A stretch of DNA of 64,000 nucleotides, taken from positions 62,001 to 126,000 of the IMG/VR virus record IMGVR_UViG_3300028364_000014, one strand, 5' to 3'. The translations under genes and the position numbers were made by a program. Position 1 is the first letter of the stretch. Every line of letters starts with the position of its first letter. Positions 41,166 to 51,068 of the stretch are shown piece by piece. The notes beneath the pieces are model-generated. The model was not told the origin of the DNA. It did not search any database and was given only the letters and a program-made list of their open reading frames with translations.

Positions 41166-42358
41166 GGGCTATACAAAAAGTAGCTAAAAATTTTAGTGGT
41201 TTAACTTCTTTAGCTGGAGAATTACGAAATCATTATGGCTTATCTGCTAAATTTAATAGCTTTAATGGAGAAGAAATACTACACGTTTCTATAAATTCAG
41301 ATATAACACCAAAACTTCCCGCATCAGATGACGCTAATCCAATAATATTCAATAGTAAAGCAAAAATTATTGCAGTAGGACTTCCTAAAATACATCAGTT
41401 ACTATCAGACAATTCTAAAATGTGGTTTGATGCCGGAATGTCTGGTGCTACTATTGAAAAAATGTATAAAGGCACTAAAGTAATAGCCTCACAAGACAAT
41501 GATAAACTTATTGTTTGTACTAAATTAGATCCTCATGGTTGTAACATGATTCCAGAAACAAACATTTCGGTATATTCATTATTTACCTATCTTATAGATC
41601 AAAGTGAAGGTAGTATACAGGATTTGTTTGATAGTAATTATCGATATAATAACCTTAGTTGGGAATTTATGGCAGTAAAGAAAGAATTCATGCCGCCAAA
41701 TTCTAAATTAAGTTACGAATTATTTTTAATTGGCGCAATCAATAAAGCAACTACAAACCCACTTCCTTCCCTTAGACTAGATTATGTGGCTGAAAATATA
41801 GGAATACGTAGACCAGAAAGAAAAATAGTTTCTTCCTATGAAGAAGCCCATACTATTTTTAAAAAGTGGACTTTAGAAAATAAAAATCTTAAAGGTGTAG
41901 TGATATCTGACTCAATAGGTAATGTGGCTTCTATTTTAACTAAAAAACATAACAAGTCCTATGGCTATTGTAAAGCTCCTGCAAGACATAACTTACTAAA
42001 AATATTAGAATGGATGATGGAAGGGGAGGAGGACAAGGCTGTTTGCTTTGACCTTAGGTATAGGGTACTAGTAAACTCAATGAGGTATGTGTTCGAAAAA
42101 GCAATAAAAGAATTGATAGTATTACAGGGTGATTACGGTAAAGCAAGAACTAGGAAACATTTAGCCTCTAAAATCGCAAATCATGATTTAGCAGTTGTTT
42201 TATTTGCTCTGCACTCAAATAAAATTGAATCATTTAATGATATTAGTAAAGTACTTAAACCACATTACTTATTAAAAGTAATAGAAAATAGGGATAAATT
42301 AAGAATGCAAGGAGTGCTTAATTTAAGTAAAGGAGTTTTATGTCAGAAAAAATTGTAA
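41162..42358 (+). CDS. T4 Rnl1-like protein with degenerate motif I
   Basis: IIAVGLPKI, EKMYKGT in place of EKxDGS, WEF, L.LIGA, KGVVI. Confidence 0.45.
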   Translation: MRAIQKVAKNFSGLTSLAGELRNHYGLSAKFNSFNGEEILHVSINSDITPKLPASDDANPIIFNSKAKIIAVGLPKIHQLLSDNSKMWFDAGMSGATIEKMYKGTKVIASQDNDKLIVCTKLDPHGCNMIPETNISVYSLFTYLIDQSEGSIQDLFDSNYRYNNLSWEFMAVKKEFMPPNSKLSYELFLIGAINKATTNPLPSLRLDYVAENIGIRRPERKIVSSYEEAHTIFKKWTLENKNLKGVVISDSIGNVASILTKKHNKSYGYCKAPARHNLLKILEWMMEGEEDKAVCFDLRYRVLVNSMRYVFEKAIKELIVLQGDYGKARTRKHLASKIANHDLAVVLFALHSNKIESFNDISKVLKPHYLLKVIENRDKLRMQGVLNLSKGVLCQKKL

Positions 42359-43194
42359 ATTGGTTTACACGTAATTATGGTGGATTTTTAAATGAAGACT
42401 ACCAACCAACTGGAATGAAATTTTCTTTTTACACAGAAAAGGATAATAAATTAACACAATGTCATGAATGGGTAAAGTGTAAAGATTATTTACATGATGT
42501 GATAAGAACTTCTTTAACCGGAGAAGATACAAAAATATACGGATTTCAATTTTCTAAAGAAAACAACCCCTGCATTGATCTTACTAAAACTAGAATGCTT
42601 GTCTCCTGGGCTGGTTTTAAAGACGCTAATCTTGTAGAGCCAAGTCTTATCAATGGGGTGAAATTACTTAATCATCTAGAAAAGATAGCTAATGTCAAAC
42701 TAAGTAAATTTGAAAAAGTTATGGGGGACAAGGAGAACTCATTTTATCATGTTTGGGCGATTGAAAGTCCAAAGTTTTGGATGACACACCCACACCTTAT
42801 TTCATTATATTCTTTTTTGTTAAGGTTAGGAGATAAAAAACTTGAATTTACTGATGAGAAATCTTTTGATGAAGTCATTAATGGGTTATTTATTAAATAT
42901 AAAAATCAGCCCGAAAAAGATGTAGATTATTTAATAGAAATTTATGAAAACATGCATAATTCTATTACTAAAAAAGAAATACTATCTAATGTAAATAAGA
43001 ATGGTTTTTCAGTAATGTATTCAGAGTTAATGAGTATTAATGCATTTCATAATAGATCTGGTATTGTAAGTACCTGTCAAGGAATTACTGGATCTGAAAA
43101 TTTAAATTTATTAGTAAAAAAACATTTTAAAAACACTTTAAGGAGTAGTACACATGACAAAAGAAGTAAAGAAAGAAAAGAAAAAACTTATTAG
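42340..43194 (+). CDS. paralog family C protein
   Basis: CKDYLHD, LLNHLEK, W....HLISLYSFLLR, HNRSGI. Confidence 0.65.
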   Translation: MSEKIVNWFTRNYGGFLNEDYQPTGMKFSFYTEKDNKLTQCHEWVKCKDYLHDVIRTSLTGEDTKIYGFQFSKENNPCIDLTKTRMLVSWAGFKDANLVEPSLINGVKLLNHLEKIANVKLSKFEKVMGDKENSFYHVWAIESPKFWMTHPHLISLYSFLLRLGDKKLEFTDEKSFDEVINGLFIKYKNQPEKDVDYLIEIYENMHNSITKKEILSNVNKNGFSVMYSELMSINAFHNRSGIVSTCQGITGSENLNLLVKKHFKNTLRSSTHDKRSKERKEKTY

Positions 43195-43957
43195 AGTAAG
43201 AATGGCTCCTGCTTTAATAAAAGCTAATCCATATCGGTCAAGTATAACTGACCATAACTTGCATTTTTCTTTAGTAGGACCTCAGGTTTTGAAAAAAGAC
43301 GATATTCAATTTAGGCATCAAATAAGTAAATTTGTTACTTGTCGAGAAGAATTGTGCTGCATGCCTAGGCAGTATATAAACAAAACTAGTAAATATGTTG
43401 CTAGTGAAAAAGAAGATCATCTAGATTTGGAAAAATTTCGTCTACTAATGGCTAGTAAAGGAAATAAAGAAGTTAGAAAACGTGGTATTTTTTCAGCAAA
43501 GCGAGTTTTAAATATTCTAGAAGAAAAAGCGGGCTGGGAAAAAAGTGTTATTACTACCGTTATATATGAACCAGCAAAAGACGCTAACGTGTATCTTTTA
43601 ACTGGAGATAAACGATGGACAATGGCTCCGCAAATGATGTCTTTAGCTACTTTAATCATACGTATTGGGTGGAAAGGGTTAGGGTTTTCTTCAGAAAATA
43701 TTGAAGAAGTACAAACGGAATTTGCAAAAATTTCAGAAGATGAAGAAGAAAATGATAATCGTTATATGAAATCCTGTCAGAAATACATAATCCCTTTAAT
43801 GGCTAATGTAGAAAAAGTTTTTTCTGGAGAAATTAACCAATATTTTCCAGAAGACGCTGATTTCGGATTTAGAGGGCATGGCGGTATATACACCTTTTTT
43901 ACAGAACGTAGTGGTAATGAAAAATTAGATGAACGTCTAACAAAGTATGTTAAATAA
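43154..43957 (+). CDS. paralog family C protein
   Basis: CREE, VLNILEEK, W....QMMSLATLIIR, HGGI. Confidence 0.65.
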   Translation: MTKEVKKEKKKLIRVRMAPALIKANPYRSSITDHNLHFSLVGPQVLKKDDIQFRHQISKFVTCREELCCMPRQYINKTSKYVASEKEDHLDLEKFRLLMASKGNKEVRKRGIFSAKRVLNILEEKAGWEKSVITTVIYEPAKDANVYLLTGDKRWTMAPQMMSLATLIIRIGWKGLGFSSENIEEVQTEFAKISEDEEENDNRYMKSCQKYIIPLMANVEKVFSGEINQYFPEDADFGFRGHGGIYTFFTERSGNEKLDERLTKYVK

Positions 43958-43969
43958 GGATTAAAAAAA

Positions 43970-44899
43970 ATGACATCAAAAATTATGATGGGAACCGATC
44001 CAGAGTTTTTCATGAGAAGACTAGAAGACAACAAACTTATTTCAGCAGTACCATTTATTGCTGGAGGTAAACATGACCCTATTAAGTTAGAAAAATCTGG
44101 AGGAACACTTCAACATGACAATGTAGCAGTAGAGTTTTCAACAGTTCCAGCAAATTCTCCGCAAACTTTTGTTGACATTCTCCGCGCTACTCTACAAGAA
44201 ACGATTTCTAAGTTGCCTCCTGGTCATGAACTATTGGCTTCAGCTTCTGCTGTATTTGATGATAATCAGCTTAATACTCCTGAAGCGCAGGAGTTTGGAT
44301 GTACACCTGATTATGATGCGTGGGAAGTAAAAGAGAATGACTCACCGACCCATCCAAACGCTAAATTTAGGTCATGTGGTGGACATTTACATATTGGATG
44401 TCTTGATATGGAAGGTAAACTTACACATGAGGATGCAAAATTTCTATTAACTTTTGAAGGTAAGCTCGATATGGTAAAAGGTATGGACCTATTTTTAGGC
44501 ATTATCTCTACTGTACTCGATAGTTCACCTGAAGCAGTTGAGCGCAAGAAGCTTTATGGTAGAGCTGGGTGTCATCGAGGTACACTATATGGTGTAGAAT
44601 ATAGGGCATTGAGTAACTTTTGGACTAAATCACCCATGCTATCCATGCTAATGACTTCTCTTTCGGAAGATGTAGTAGAAGTTATTATCAACGAAAAACT
44701 TGAAGCTTTAATTGAAGAAGTAGGCGCTGAGGATATCCAACGAATCATTAACACTGGTGCAGTAAAAGATGCTGAAAAGATCATAGAAAATGTTCTAACA
44801 GCGTATCTTAGCGAAGATTCAAAGTTCTATCTAGAAGAATGTCTTATTAAATTAGATAAAACAGATACAATTGAGAAGGAATGGTCAATTGGGGCTTAA
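43970..44899 (+). CDS. phiEco32-like COOH.NH2 ligase type 2
   Basis: GTDPEFF, DNVAVEF, GCTPD, RSCGGHLHIG, YGRAG..R...YGVEYR.LSNFW. Confidence 0.88.
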   Translation: MTSKIMMGTDPEFFMRRLEDNKLISAVPFIAGGKHDPIKLEKSGGTLQHDNVAVEFSTVPANSPQTFVDILRATLQETISKLPPGHELLASASAVFDDNQLNTPEAQEFGCTPDYDAWEVKENDSPTHPNAKFRSCGGHLHIGCLDMEGKLTHEDAKFLLTFEGKLDMVKGMDLFLGIISTVLDSSPEAVERKKLYGRAGCHRGTLYGVEYRALSNFWTKSPMLSMLMTSLSEDVVEVIINEKLEALIEEVGAEDIQRIINTGAVKDAEKIIENVLTAYLSEDSKFYLEECLIKLDKTDTIEKEWSIGA

Positions 44900-45639
44900 T
44901 TTTTACACCTAAGCTCATAATACCCACATCCTGGAAGCTTGTGTGCCTTCTTATGACATGTTTTGCATAAAGTAATGGTGTTAGCCACATCATTTCCTAA
45001 ACGTGGATTCTGGGTGTATCCTTCGATGTGATGGCAATGTAGTGGAGCTTCATTTTGAGTTGCTCCACAGATTTGGCACGTCCAGTTATCTTTTTCAAAA
45101 CACATTTGTCTAACTAGTGGATTTACTTCGCGAGAAGATGCAGGTTTGAATCCTTTAGGGTATTTAATTTGTTTGTACACAGGGCAAGCCTCTTTACAGT
45201 TATTTGAGCAGTAAAGAAAATGGTCTTTACCTATAGAGTCTAAAGCCTTTACTCTACTATTAACACTGCATCTATTAGGGATAAAGTATTTTCCGCAATA
45301 CCTACATTTTACTTCTAAAGAAACACCGTCATTAGCTAATCTAGGGAATTCTTCTTTAGTTAATTCACCAATAAATAATTTATATTTTGCATTAGAGTTT
45401 TGGTATGATTTACATCTTATAGAAGTACTAATTTTATTTTCCTTATAGTACTTTTTATATTGTTTTTTATGTTTATTTTTATTTTTTAATCGGTAATTAA
45501 TGATATAATTTTTATTATTCTCACGATCAATTTTTATACATTTTTTACAATAACTAGTTACTCCATCCTTAGTGTTTTTATTTTTATTAAATTCACTATA
45601 ACTTTTTAATTCTTTACATTTACTACACATTTTTTTCAT
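44896..45639 (-). CDS. HNH endonuclease (homing-type)
   Basis: CSKC N-terminus; DNWTCQICG...HCHH...N.ITLCKTCH. Confidence 0.88.
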   Translation of the reverse strand: MKKMCSKCKELKSYSEFNKNKNTKDGVTSYCKKCIKIDRENNKNYIINYRLKNKNKHKKQYKKYYKENKISTSIRCKSYQNSNAKYKLFIGELTKEEFPRLANDGVSLEVKCRYCGKYFIPNRCSVNSRVKALDSIGKDHFLYCSNNCKEACPVYKQIKYPKGFKPASSREVNPLVRQMCFEKDNWTCQICGATQNEAPLHCHHIEGYTQNPRLGNDVANTITLCKTCHKKAHKLPGCGYYELRCKN

Positions 45640-45679
45640 AATTAATTTCCAAATAAGTTTTTTTTATTTATGTGATTAA

Positions 45680-45744
45680 ATGATTGTATCTTAATTACAA
45701 TCAAGTTACATTAAATATAATAACTTTATTGAATAAGTCAATAG
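45680..45744 (-). promoter_or_regulatory. sigma70-like promoter and palindrome upstream of HNH gene
   Basis: minus strand TTGACT-N16-TATATT then tgattgta..tacaatca; same layout at 55509-55590. Confidence 0.6.
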
Positions 45745-45781
45745 ATTAATTAATTGATAAATAAAACGGAGAAATAAACAC

Positions 45782-46660
45782 ATGATTATTGCTATACCCA
45801 CAAATAACGGAGATACCTACAAAGAAGTACCAGTAAGAAAACAAAACGCTTCTTATTGCAAACACGTAGAAAATGCTGGATTTGATCCAATCCTCATTCC
45901 TATGGAGTGTTCTATTGAAGCAGTAGCAGACATGTCCGATGGGCTTCTACTGGCAGGAGGGCTAGATATAAGTCCAATGTATTATGGTTTTAGTAATTTG
46001 GCGTCATTTGGTGTAGACCCTGACAAAGACGCACATGAAAGAGCTCTACTACATGCTTTTATTGCGCTAGGTAAACCAGTGTTTGGAATATGTAGAGGAC
46101 ATCAGCTTATTTTAAGGGAGTTTATGCATGTTACTAATGACATGGATAATATCCTTGAATATGAAGAACATATTAAATATCACGCACAAACAGGTGAGTT
46201 AAATATGGGAAGAAAACACCCTTCTCATATGACGCAGACAGTAATTAATTCTTTATTTACTGAGTCTATAGTAGATAATGATGAAGCTATAGAAAATTTT
46301 CCAGTAAATAGTATGCACCATCAAGCTGTAACCGCAAATATTGTAAAAATGGCAGTCGGTAATGGGAATGTTCCACATGATTTTCAGTATAATATTCCTC
46401 CAGTAAAGGTATATGAGAATTTTGAACTAATTTCCTGGACTAAAAGAGGATATACACAGCCTGATGTACATTCTAAAAATTTCGATAGAACTGATCATAG
46501 AGTAGTTGTTGAGGCAATGAAAATTGATTGGAATAACTCAAAAATTATGGGAGTACAATGGCATCCAGAATGTCTTGGTGATGTTCGTATTATACGTAAT
46601 TTCTTTTTAAATGCTGTTGAAAACATAAATGATGATGCAGCAATTGCAGCTCTAGGCTAA
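45782..46660 (+). CDS. class I glutamine amidotransferase (peptidase C26 family)
   Basis: GLLLAGG.DI, GICRGHQ, VNSMHHQA, QWHPE. Confidence 0.9.
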   Translation: MIIAIPTNNGDTYKEVPVRKQNASYCKHVENAGFDPILIPMECSIEAVADMSDGLLLAGGLDISPMYYGFSNLASFGVDPDKDAHERALLHAFIALGKPVFGICRGHQLILREFMHVTNDMDNILEYEEHIKYHAQTGELNMGRKHPSHMTQTVINSLFTESIVDNDEAIENFPVNSMHHQAVTANIVKMAVGNGNVPHDFQYNIPPVKVYENFELISWTKRGYTQPDVHSKNFDRTDHRVVVEAMKIDWNNSKIMGVQWHPECLGDVRIIRNFFLNAVENINDDAAIAALG

Positions 46661-46907
46661 TGGTACGTGGTTGGTCTACTAAAATTACTACTACTTATGG
46701 AACTCAACTACACCATTATATAACTTTAAAAGCATTAAAAAATACCATTAAACGATTAAAAAACAGCAGAATTAGTCCTTTAGCCATAAGATTTTATAGA
46801 CCAATGCTTCCATGGTTAATAGAAAATGTAACAGAAGATTCAGCTGTTTCTGGCGATATATCAAATATTAAAATAGAAGTTTCATTGTTAAATATAGGAG
46901 AAATAAA

Positions 46908-47216
46908 ATGAGTAAAAAATCAATAATTACGTCAATTCTTATGGATAATACAAAAATTCCCGCAATAGCTGCTGTACATTACGGTGTAGGGGATGTTCCT
47001 AAAACGAGTACTGGGGATGACGCTGGACAGCATGCAGTTACTTCAATTAAATTTGCAAGAAAATGTTTTGGTCAGGGGGCAGTAATAGATATTCCTTGTT
47101 ATGTAATTGAATTTGAAGATGTAGATGAAAAAGTAATTCTTGCAACTAATAGTATTGCTAGATGGACAATTGGAAACGAAGAAATAGATGCCGTTCCCCC
47201 TTTGGCTGCAGAATAA
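46908..47216 (+). CDS. hypothetical protein
   Basis: RBS aggag, ORF. Confidence 0.65.
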   Translation: MSKKSIITSILMDNTKIPAIAAVHYGVGDVPKTSTGDDAGQHAVTSIKFARKCFGQGAVIDIPCYVIEFEDVDEKVILATNSIARWTIGNEEIDAVPPLAAE

Positions 47217-47223
47217 GGAAATA

Positions 47224-47931
47224 ATGAATAATAAAATACTCGTGTTAAATGGTTCTTCTTACGCAACACCTTTTAAGGGGTTGGGTGAAATTGTTATCGA
47301 TATTGATGTGTTTTTGGAAAATCCAGGTGATTTTAAATTAGTGATGTTTACTGGAGGAGAAGACGTTACTCCTTCTTGGTATGGTGAAACAAGCCCTAAT
47401 CATGTATGCTATTATAATGAGCGAAGAGATAAAGAAGAAGCTATTGTATTTAAGTTAGCAGAAAGACGTGGAATACCTATGATGGGTATTTGTAGGGGAA
47501 TTCAATTTCTAAATGTTATGCATGGTGGAAAAATATTCCATAATGTTACTAATCACGCTGGTCCTAGACACATGATGACTCTTGGTAATGGTGAGGAATT
47601 TGTTGTGAATTCTTTTCATCATCAAATGGTAATACCTCCTGAAGATTCAATTGTAATAGCCTACTCGTCTACCCGTAAATCTACAAGCTATATAGGAGAT
47701 AAAGATCTAGAAGTATCTCCTCCTAATGTAGAGGTAGAAGCAGTAGCTTATCCTAATACCAAAAGTGTGGCAGTCCAATATCATCCTGAAATGATGGATA
47801 CGACTTCTAAAGGGTTTCTTTGGTTTAGAGAACTAGCGACTACCCTATTAACAGAAGAAGGTTTCGCTGAAATTATTGAAAAATATTCCTCGGTGAATAA
47901 ATGTCTAAAACAAAGTACGCATCAGCTATAA
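47224..47931 (+). CDS. second class I glutamine amidotransferase (C26 family)
   Basis: FTGGEDV, GICRGIQ, VNSFHHQ, QYHPE. Confidence 0.9.
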   Translation: MNNKILVLNGSSYATPFKGLGEIVIDIDVFLENPGDFKLVMFTGGEDVTPSWYGETSPNHVCYYNERRDKEEAIVFKLAERRGIPMMGICRGIQFLNVMHGGKIFHNVTNHAGPRHMMTLGNGEEFVVNSFHHQMVIPPEDSIVIAYSSTRKSTSYIGDKDLEVSPPNVEVEAVAYPNTKSVAVQYHPEMMDTTSKGFLWFRELATTLLTEEGFAEIIEKYSSVNKCLKQSTHQL

Positions 47932-48330
47932 TTATACTACCTGACTCCCGGCTATTGATACACTCTCTAGCTGGGAGTTACTACGAGCAAAGTAACAAAT
48001 CAGAATTAACAGTAGAGACGCATGTTACTGCGGAAGAAGTTCCTTATATAGAAATAATACACCAATTAAAAGAAACTCTTGGTATTGAATATATAAATAA
48101 GTACTTTAATCTTAGATATAGTTTTAAAATGGATACGAAAACAAAATTAGGATTAGATAGAGAAGTACACTTATTTTTTTTGCAACAAAAAGCACAATGC
48201 CAATTTAAAGTTAAAAAACCAAACGCATTAGATATATTAACAATAGAACATGCTTTTATAGAAAAAAATAATGGTAGATTAAAACTTGGTTTAATAGGTT
48301 CAATGGCGTTAAAGGTAGTAAAAAACATGT

Positions 48331-48870
48331 TTGATAATAATCTATCTAATTAAGGACAAAAAAATGCCAATTTTTTCAAAAGAAGTTTTTGTTATTGTCT
48401 CGGATGCCTCTGGGGATGAGATAATTAAAGATATATATGTATATGAAGGAATAGAGGAGGTTAACAGTTGTTTAGAGGACTTAACTTTTGCTAATCTTGA
48501 TCCTGAAGGTAATAAAATTTATCATGGGGCTTTAATACCTGGACATACTATTCCTGAAAGTTTTCAAGGCTGCACTCCTTATATAATAATAAAAAACCCT
48601 GAGCGATATCATATTTCTGTACTTGAAAATGAAGCTATGTTTTTAAAAGAAGAGTGTTCACCTGATAAGGTAGCTAATACTATTACATCGCTTTTAACAG
48701 GTAGTAATGTTTTTAGTGATGACTCTATCAAATTAGATATTGAGGATATATATATATTTTTTGGAAGAGAAGTGCTTCCTGTATTACAAATTACTGAAGA
48801 TTCAGTTTTTGAAGATGAGGAATTTGCTGATAGAGTTACTAATATGGTAGAAAAATTTAAACAAATGTAA
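48331..48870 (+). CDS. acidic hypothetical protein
   Basis: ORF in dense operon. Confidence 0.6.
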   Translation: MIIIYLIKDKKMPIFSKEVFVIVSDASGDEIIKDIYVYEGIEEVNSCLEDLTFANLDPEGNKIYHGALIPGHTIPESFQGCTPYIIIKNPERYHISVLENEAMFLKEECSPDKVANTITSLLTGSNVFSDDSIKLDIEDIYIFFGREVLPVLQITEDSVFEDEEFADRVTNMVEKFKQM

Positions 48871-48881
48871 AGGAGTAATTA

Positions 48882-49304
48882 ATGGGAAAAAGAACAGTAA
48901 CTCTAAAATTTTGGGAAATTGATAACCCGGATTCTAAAAAACCTAGTCAAGCTATGAAAGCACGTTTACTAGGAGTTCTTTCTAGTGAAGAAGTTGCTGC
49001 AACTCTCGCTAATTTTGAAATAGCAGAAAAATTATTTACTAAACCTACTATTAATTTGGATGAAGCAGTGCAAGCGATAGAGGAATTAAATAGTACAAAA
49101 AATAGTACTAATTACGGCCACTTGTTATTTGCAGCCAAGGAATTCAATGAAGTTGAATCATATGGAAAAAGACTGTGTATAACGGGTGCTGTTGACATAC
49201 TTAATCAAACTAGATTTGATAAACTTACCAGACTTATGGATTTAGATGCTACACTTATGGATGGTACGCTTATAAATGTAAAGGAATATAGAAAAGATGA
49301 ATAA
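48882..49304 (+). CDS. hypothetical protein
   Basis: RBS aaggag. Confidence 0.65.
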   Translation: MGKRTVTLKFWEIDNPDSKKPSQAMKARLLGVLSSEEVAATLANFEIAEKLFTKPTINLDEAVQAIEELNSTKNSTNYGHLLFAAKEFNEVESYGKRLCITGAVDILNQTRFDKLTRLMDLDATLMDGTLINVKEYRKDE

Positions 49305-50160
49305 AAACTTACTAACATGTAGCCTACATGCCCCAGGTACCCCATTCACAGTTAAAGAAACTATTAAAGACAATACATTTATTCCAGGTACTTATGGTTT
49401 CATTTCTCTTTTGAGTGGTCCAGACTACACACTGCATAATATTGGTTTTTTAAAAGTTATAATTCTCAGAAAAGGTAAAAAAGGAAAGGCTCGTATAAAT
49501 ACTAATAATATTCTTACTCCTTTGTTTCAGTTACCGGAAGATAAATACCCAGAAAAACTAATTCCAACTGAAGAAGAATTAAAATACCTAGTAGGTATTG
49601 AAACGGAAGAAAATCGTGTTATAAATATGTGTGATAAAAATACTTCAGACGATGAGTTTTTAGGGTGGTTATTGGCGCGTACTTTATTTGCTTATGAGTT
49701 AAGTAAAGTCACCTATCCAAGCGATAATAAGATTATGCGGGTATTAGGCATTAATGGTGGACAACGTATGGTTGCATGGTGCAATAAAGGCGCACTTCTT
49801 GAAAAATTCCGTAAAGAAATAGAAAATCGTTTTAATGATGGTGAAATGGATAGAATGTATGGTAAGTATTGTACTCAAGAGGCTAAATTTGAATTACTAA
49901 CGCAATTAAGAAAAGTAGAAGCAAGACTTATTATTCCAAGACTTGAGTATCAAAGACGGGTTAATGAGGTGTTAATGGGCGCACTTAAAATGATGGAGGT
50001 TACAATCCAAGAAGAAAAGGATTTTAATAATAAAGAAAATACCGTAGAAAAAATCATAGCCACCAAAGAATGGGTTAAAACTAATGGTGATGTTATTAAA
50101 TCCGCTATTTATCAGCGTGTTGGATTAATTTCTAAAAACAGAGAAATTTTAAATTTTTAG
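49297..50160 (+). CDS. hypothetical protein, probable paralog of next gene
   Basis: PGT.F.V...PGTYGF...KGKKGKAR...EFLGWL. Confidence 0.65.
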   Translation: MNKNLLTCSLHAPGTPFTVKETIKDNTFIPGTYGFISLLSGPDYTLHNIGFLKVIILRKGKKGKARINTNNILTPLFQLPEDKYPEKLIPTEEELKYLVGIETEENRVINMCDKNTSDDEFLGWLLARTLFAYELSKVTYPSDNKIMRVLGINGGQRMVAWCNKGALLEKFRKEIENRFNDGEMDRMYGKYCTQEAKFELLTQLRKVEARLIIPRLEYQRRVNEVLMGALKMMEVTIQEEKDFNNKENTVEKIIATKEWVKTNGDVIKSAIYQRVGLISKNREILNF

Positions 50161-50169
50161 GAGAAAATT

Positions 50170-51033
50170 ATGCTTATGACTGTTGGGACTAAAGTAGAAG
50201 TAATTGCTTCTACTATTAAAAAAAAGGGAGCTAAACCAAGGGCTGGCAGTCAAGGGTATTGTATAACGAGTGATAAACTTTGTCATATAAATGGACCTAA
50301 TGTAATAGCGGTACCTGCTTCTATTGTTTTTACAAAATTTGGACATCAAACTAAACGTAGAAGTGAATTAAAAAATGTATGCCTTATATACCCTAAAGAT
50401 AAAAGACCAATAAAAAATGTTAAACCATACTTAAATAAATTATTAAAAAACACAAAAGACTATGCATCAATAAATTTTATTATGCGTTCCCTTTGTAATA
50501 AAAAAATGACATCAGCAACAGACTTAATGATAATTAAACCAATAGTAACTTCAGAGAATATCAAAAATTCATCAAACGAATTTAATTCTTGGTTAAGATG
50601 TGTTCTTTATAGTACTAAAGTACGTCAACTATTTATAAGTAAATATAAGGATGAAAGAGCCCTTGTAAGTAAAAATTTTCTAAAAGGATTACCCTTTTCT
50701 ACTGATGTTTTAATAGATATAATTCGCAATAAACATAAATTTATAAAATTAGCAAGTTTTCTATTTAAACACCCGTATAATAAAGTATTAATGAAAAATA
50801 TCGCAGGACTAAATCAATATTTGTTACAAGACGCCATTAATAAAGCAGTATACCAATTAACCGTTACATGGAAAACTGAACAAAATGTAATTAATTCGGC
50901 ATTAACATTAGGTAATTTAGATAGACACTTAACTCAGAAGGAGATAGAGAAATTTAAAGTTCGGTTAAGTCCATCGGCACTTCATGCCTATGAGACTGTA
51001 TGGAACTGGTTAGACGTATTAAAAACATTATAA
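50170..51033 (+). CDS. hypothetical protein, probable paralog of previous gene
   Basis: VGTKVEV...AGSQGY...KFGHQTKRR...EFNSWL. Confidence 0.65.
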   Translation: MLMTVGTKVEVIASTIKKKGAKPRAGSQGYCITSDKLCHINGPNVIAVPASIVFTKFGHQTKRRSELKNVCLIYPKDKRPIKNVKPYLNKLLKNTKDYASINFIMRSLCNKKMTSATDLMIIKPIVTSENIKNSSNEFNSWLRCVLYSTKVRQLFISKYKDERALVSKNFLKGLPFSTDVLIDIIRNKHKFIKLASFLFKHPYNKVLMKNIAGLNQYLLQDAINKAVYQLTVTWKTEQNVINSALTLGNLDRHLTQKEIEKFKVRLSPSALHAYETVWNWLDVLKTL

Positions 51034-51068
51034 AATCAGTAAATGCTATTAAAGGGAGATCAATATCC

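Noticed and set aside
46620-46660. ssrA-like degron NDDAAIAALG on the GATase
   Set aside because: Ends in LG rather than AA; single weak instance
47901-48353. NUDIX hydrolase
   Set aside because: N-terminal strand pattern is suggestive but there is no GX5EX7REUXEEXGU box
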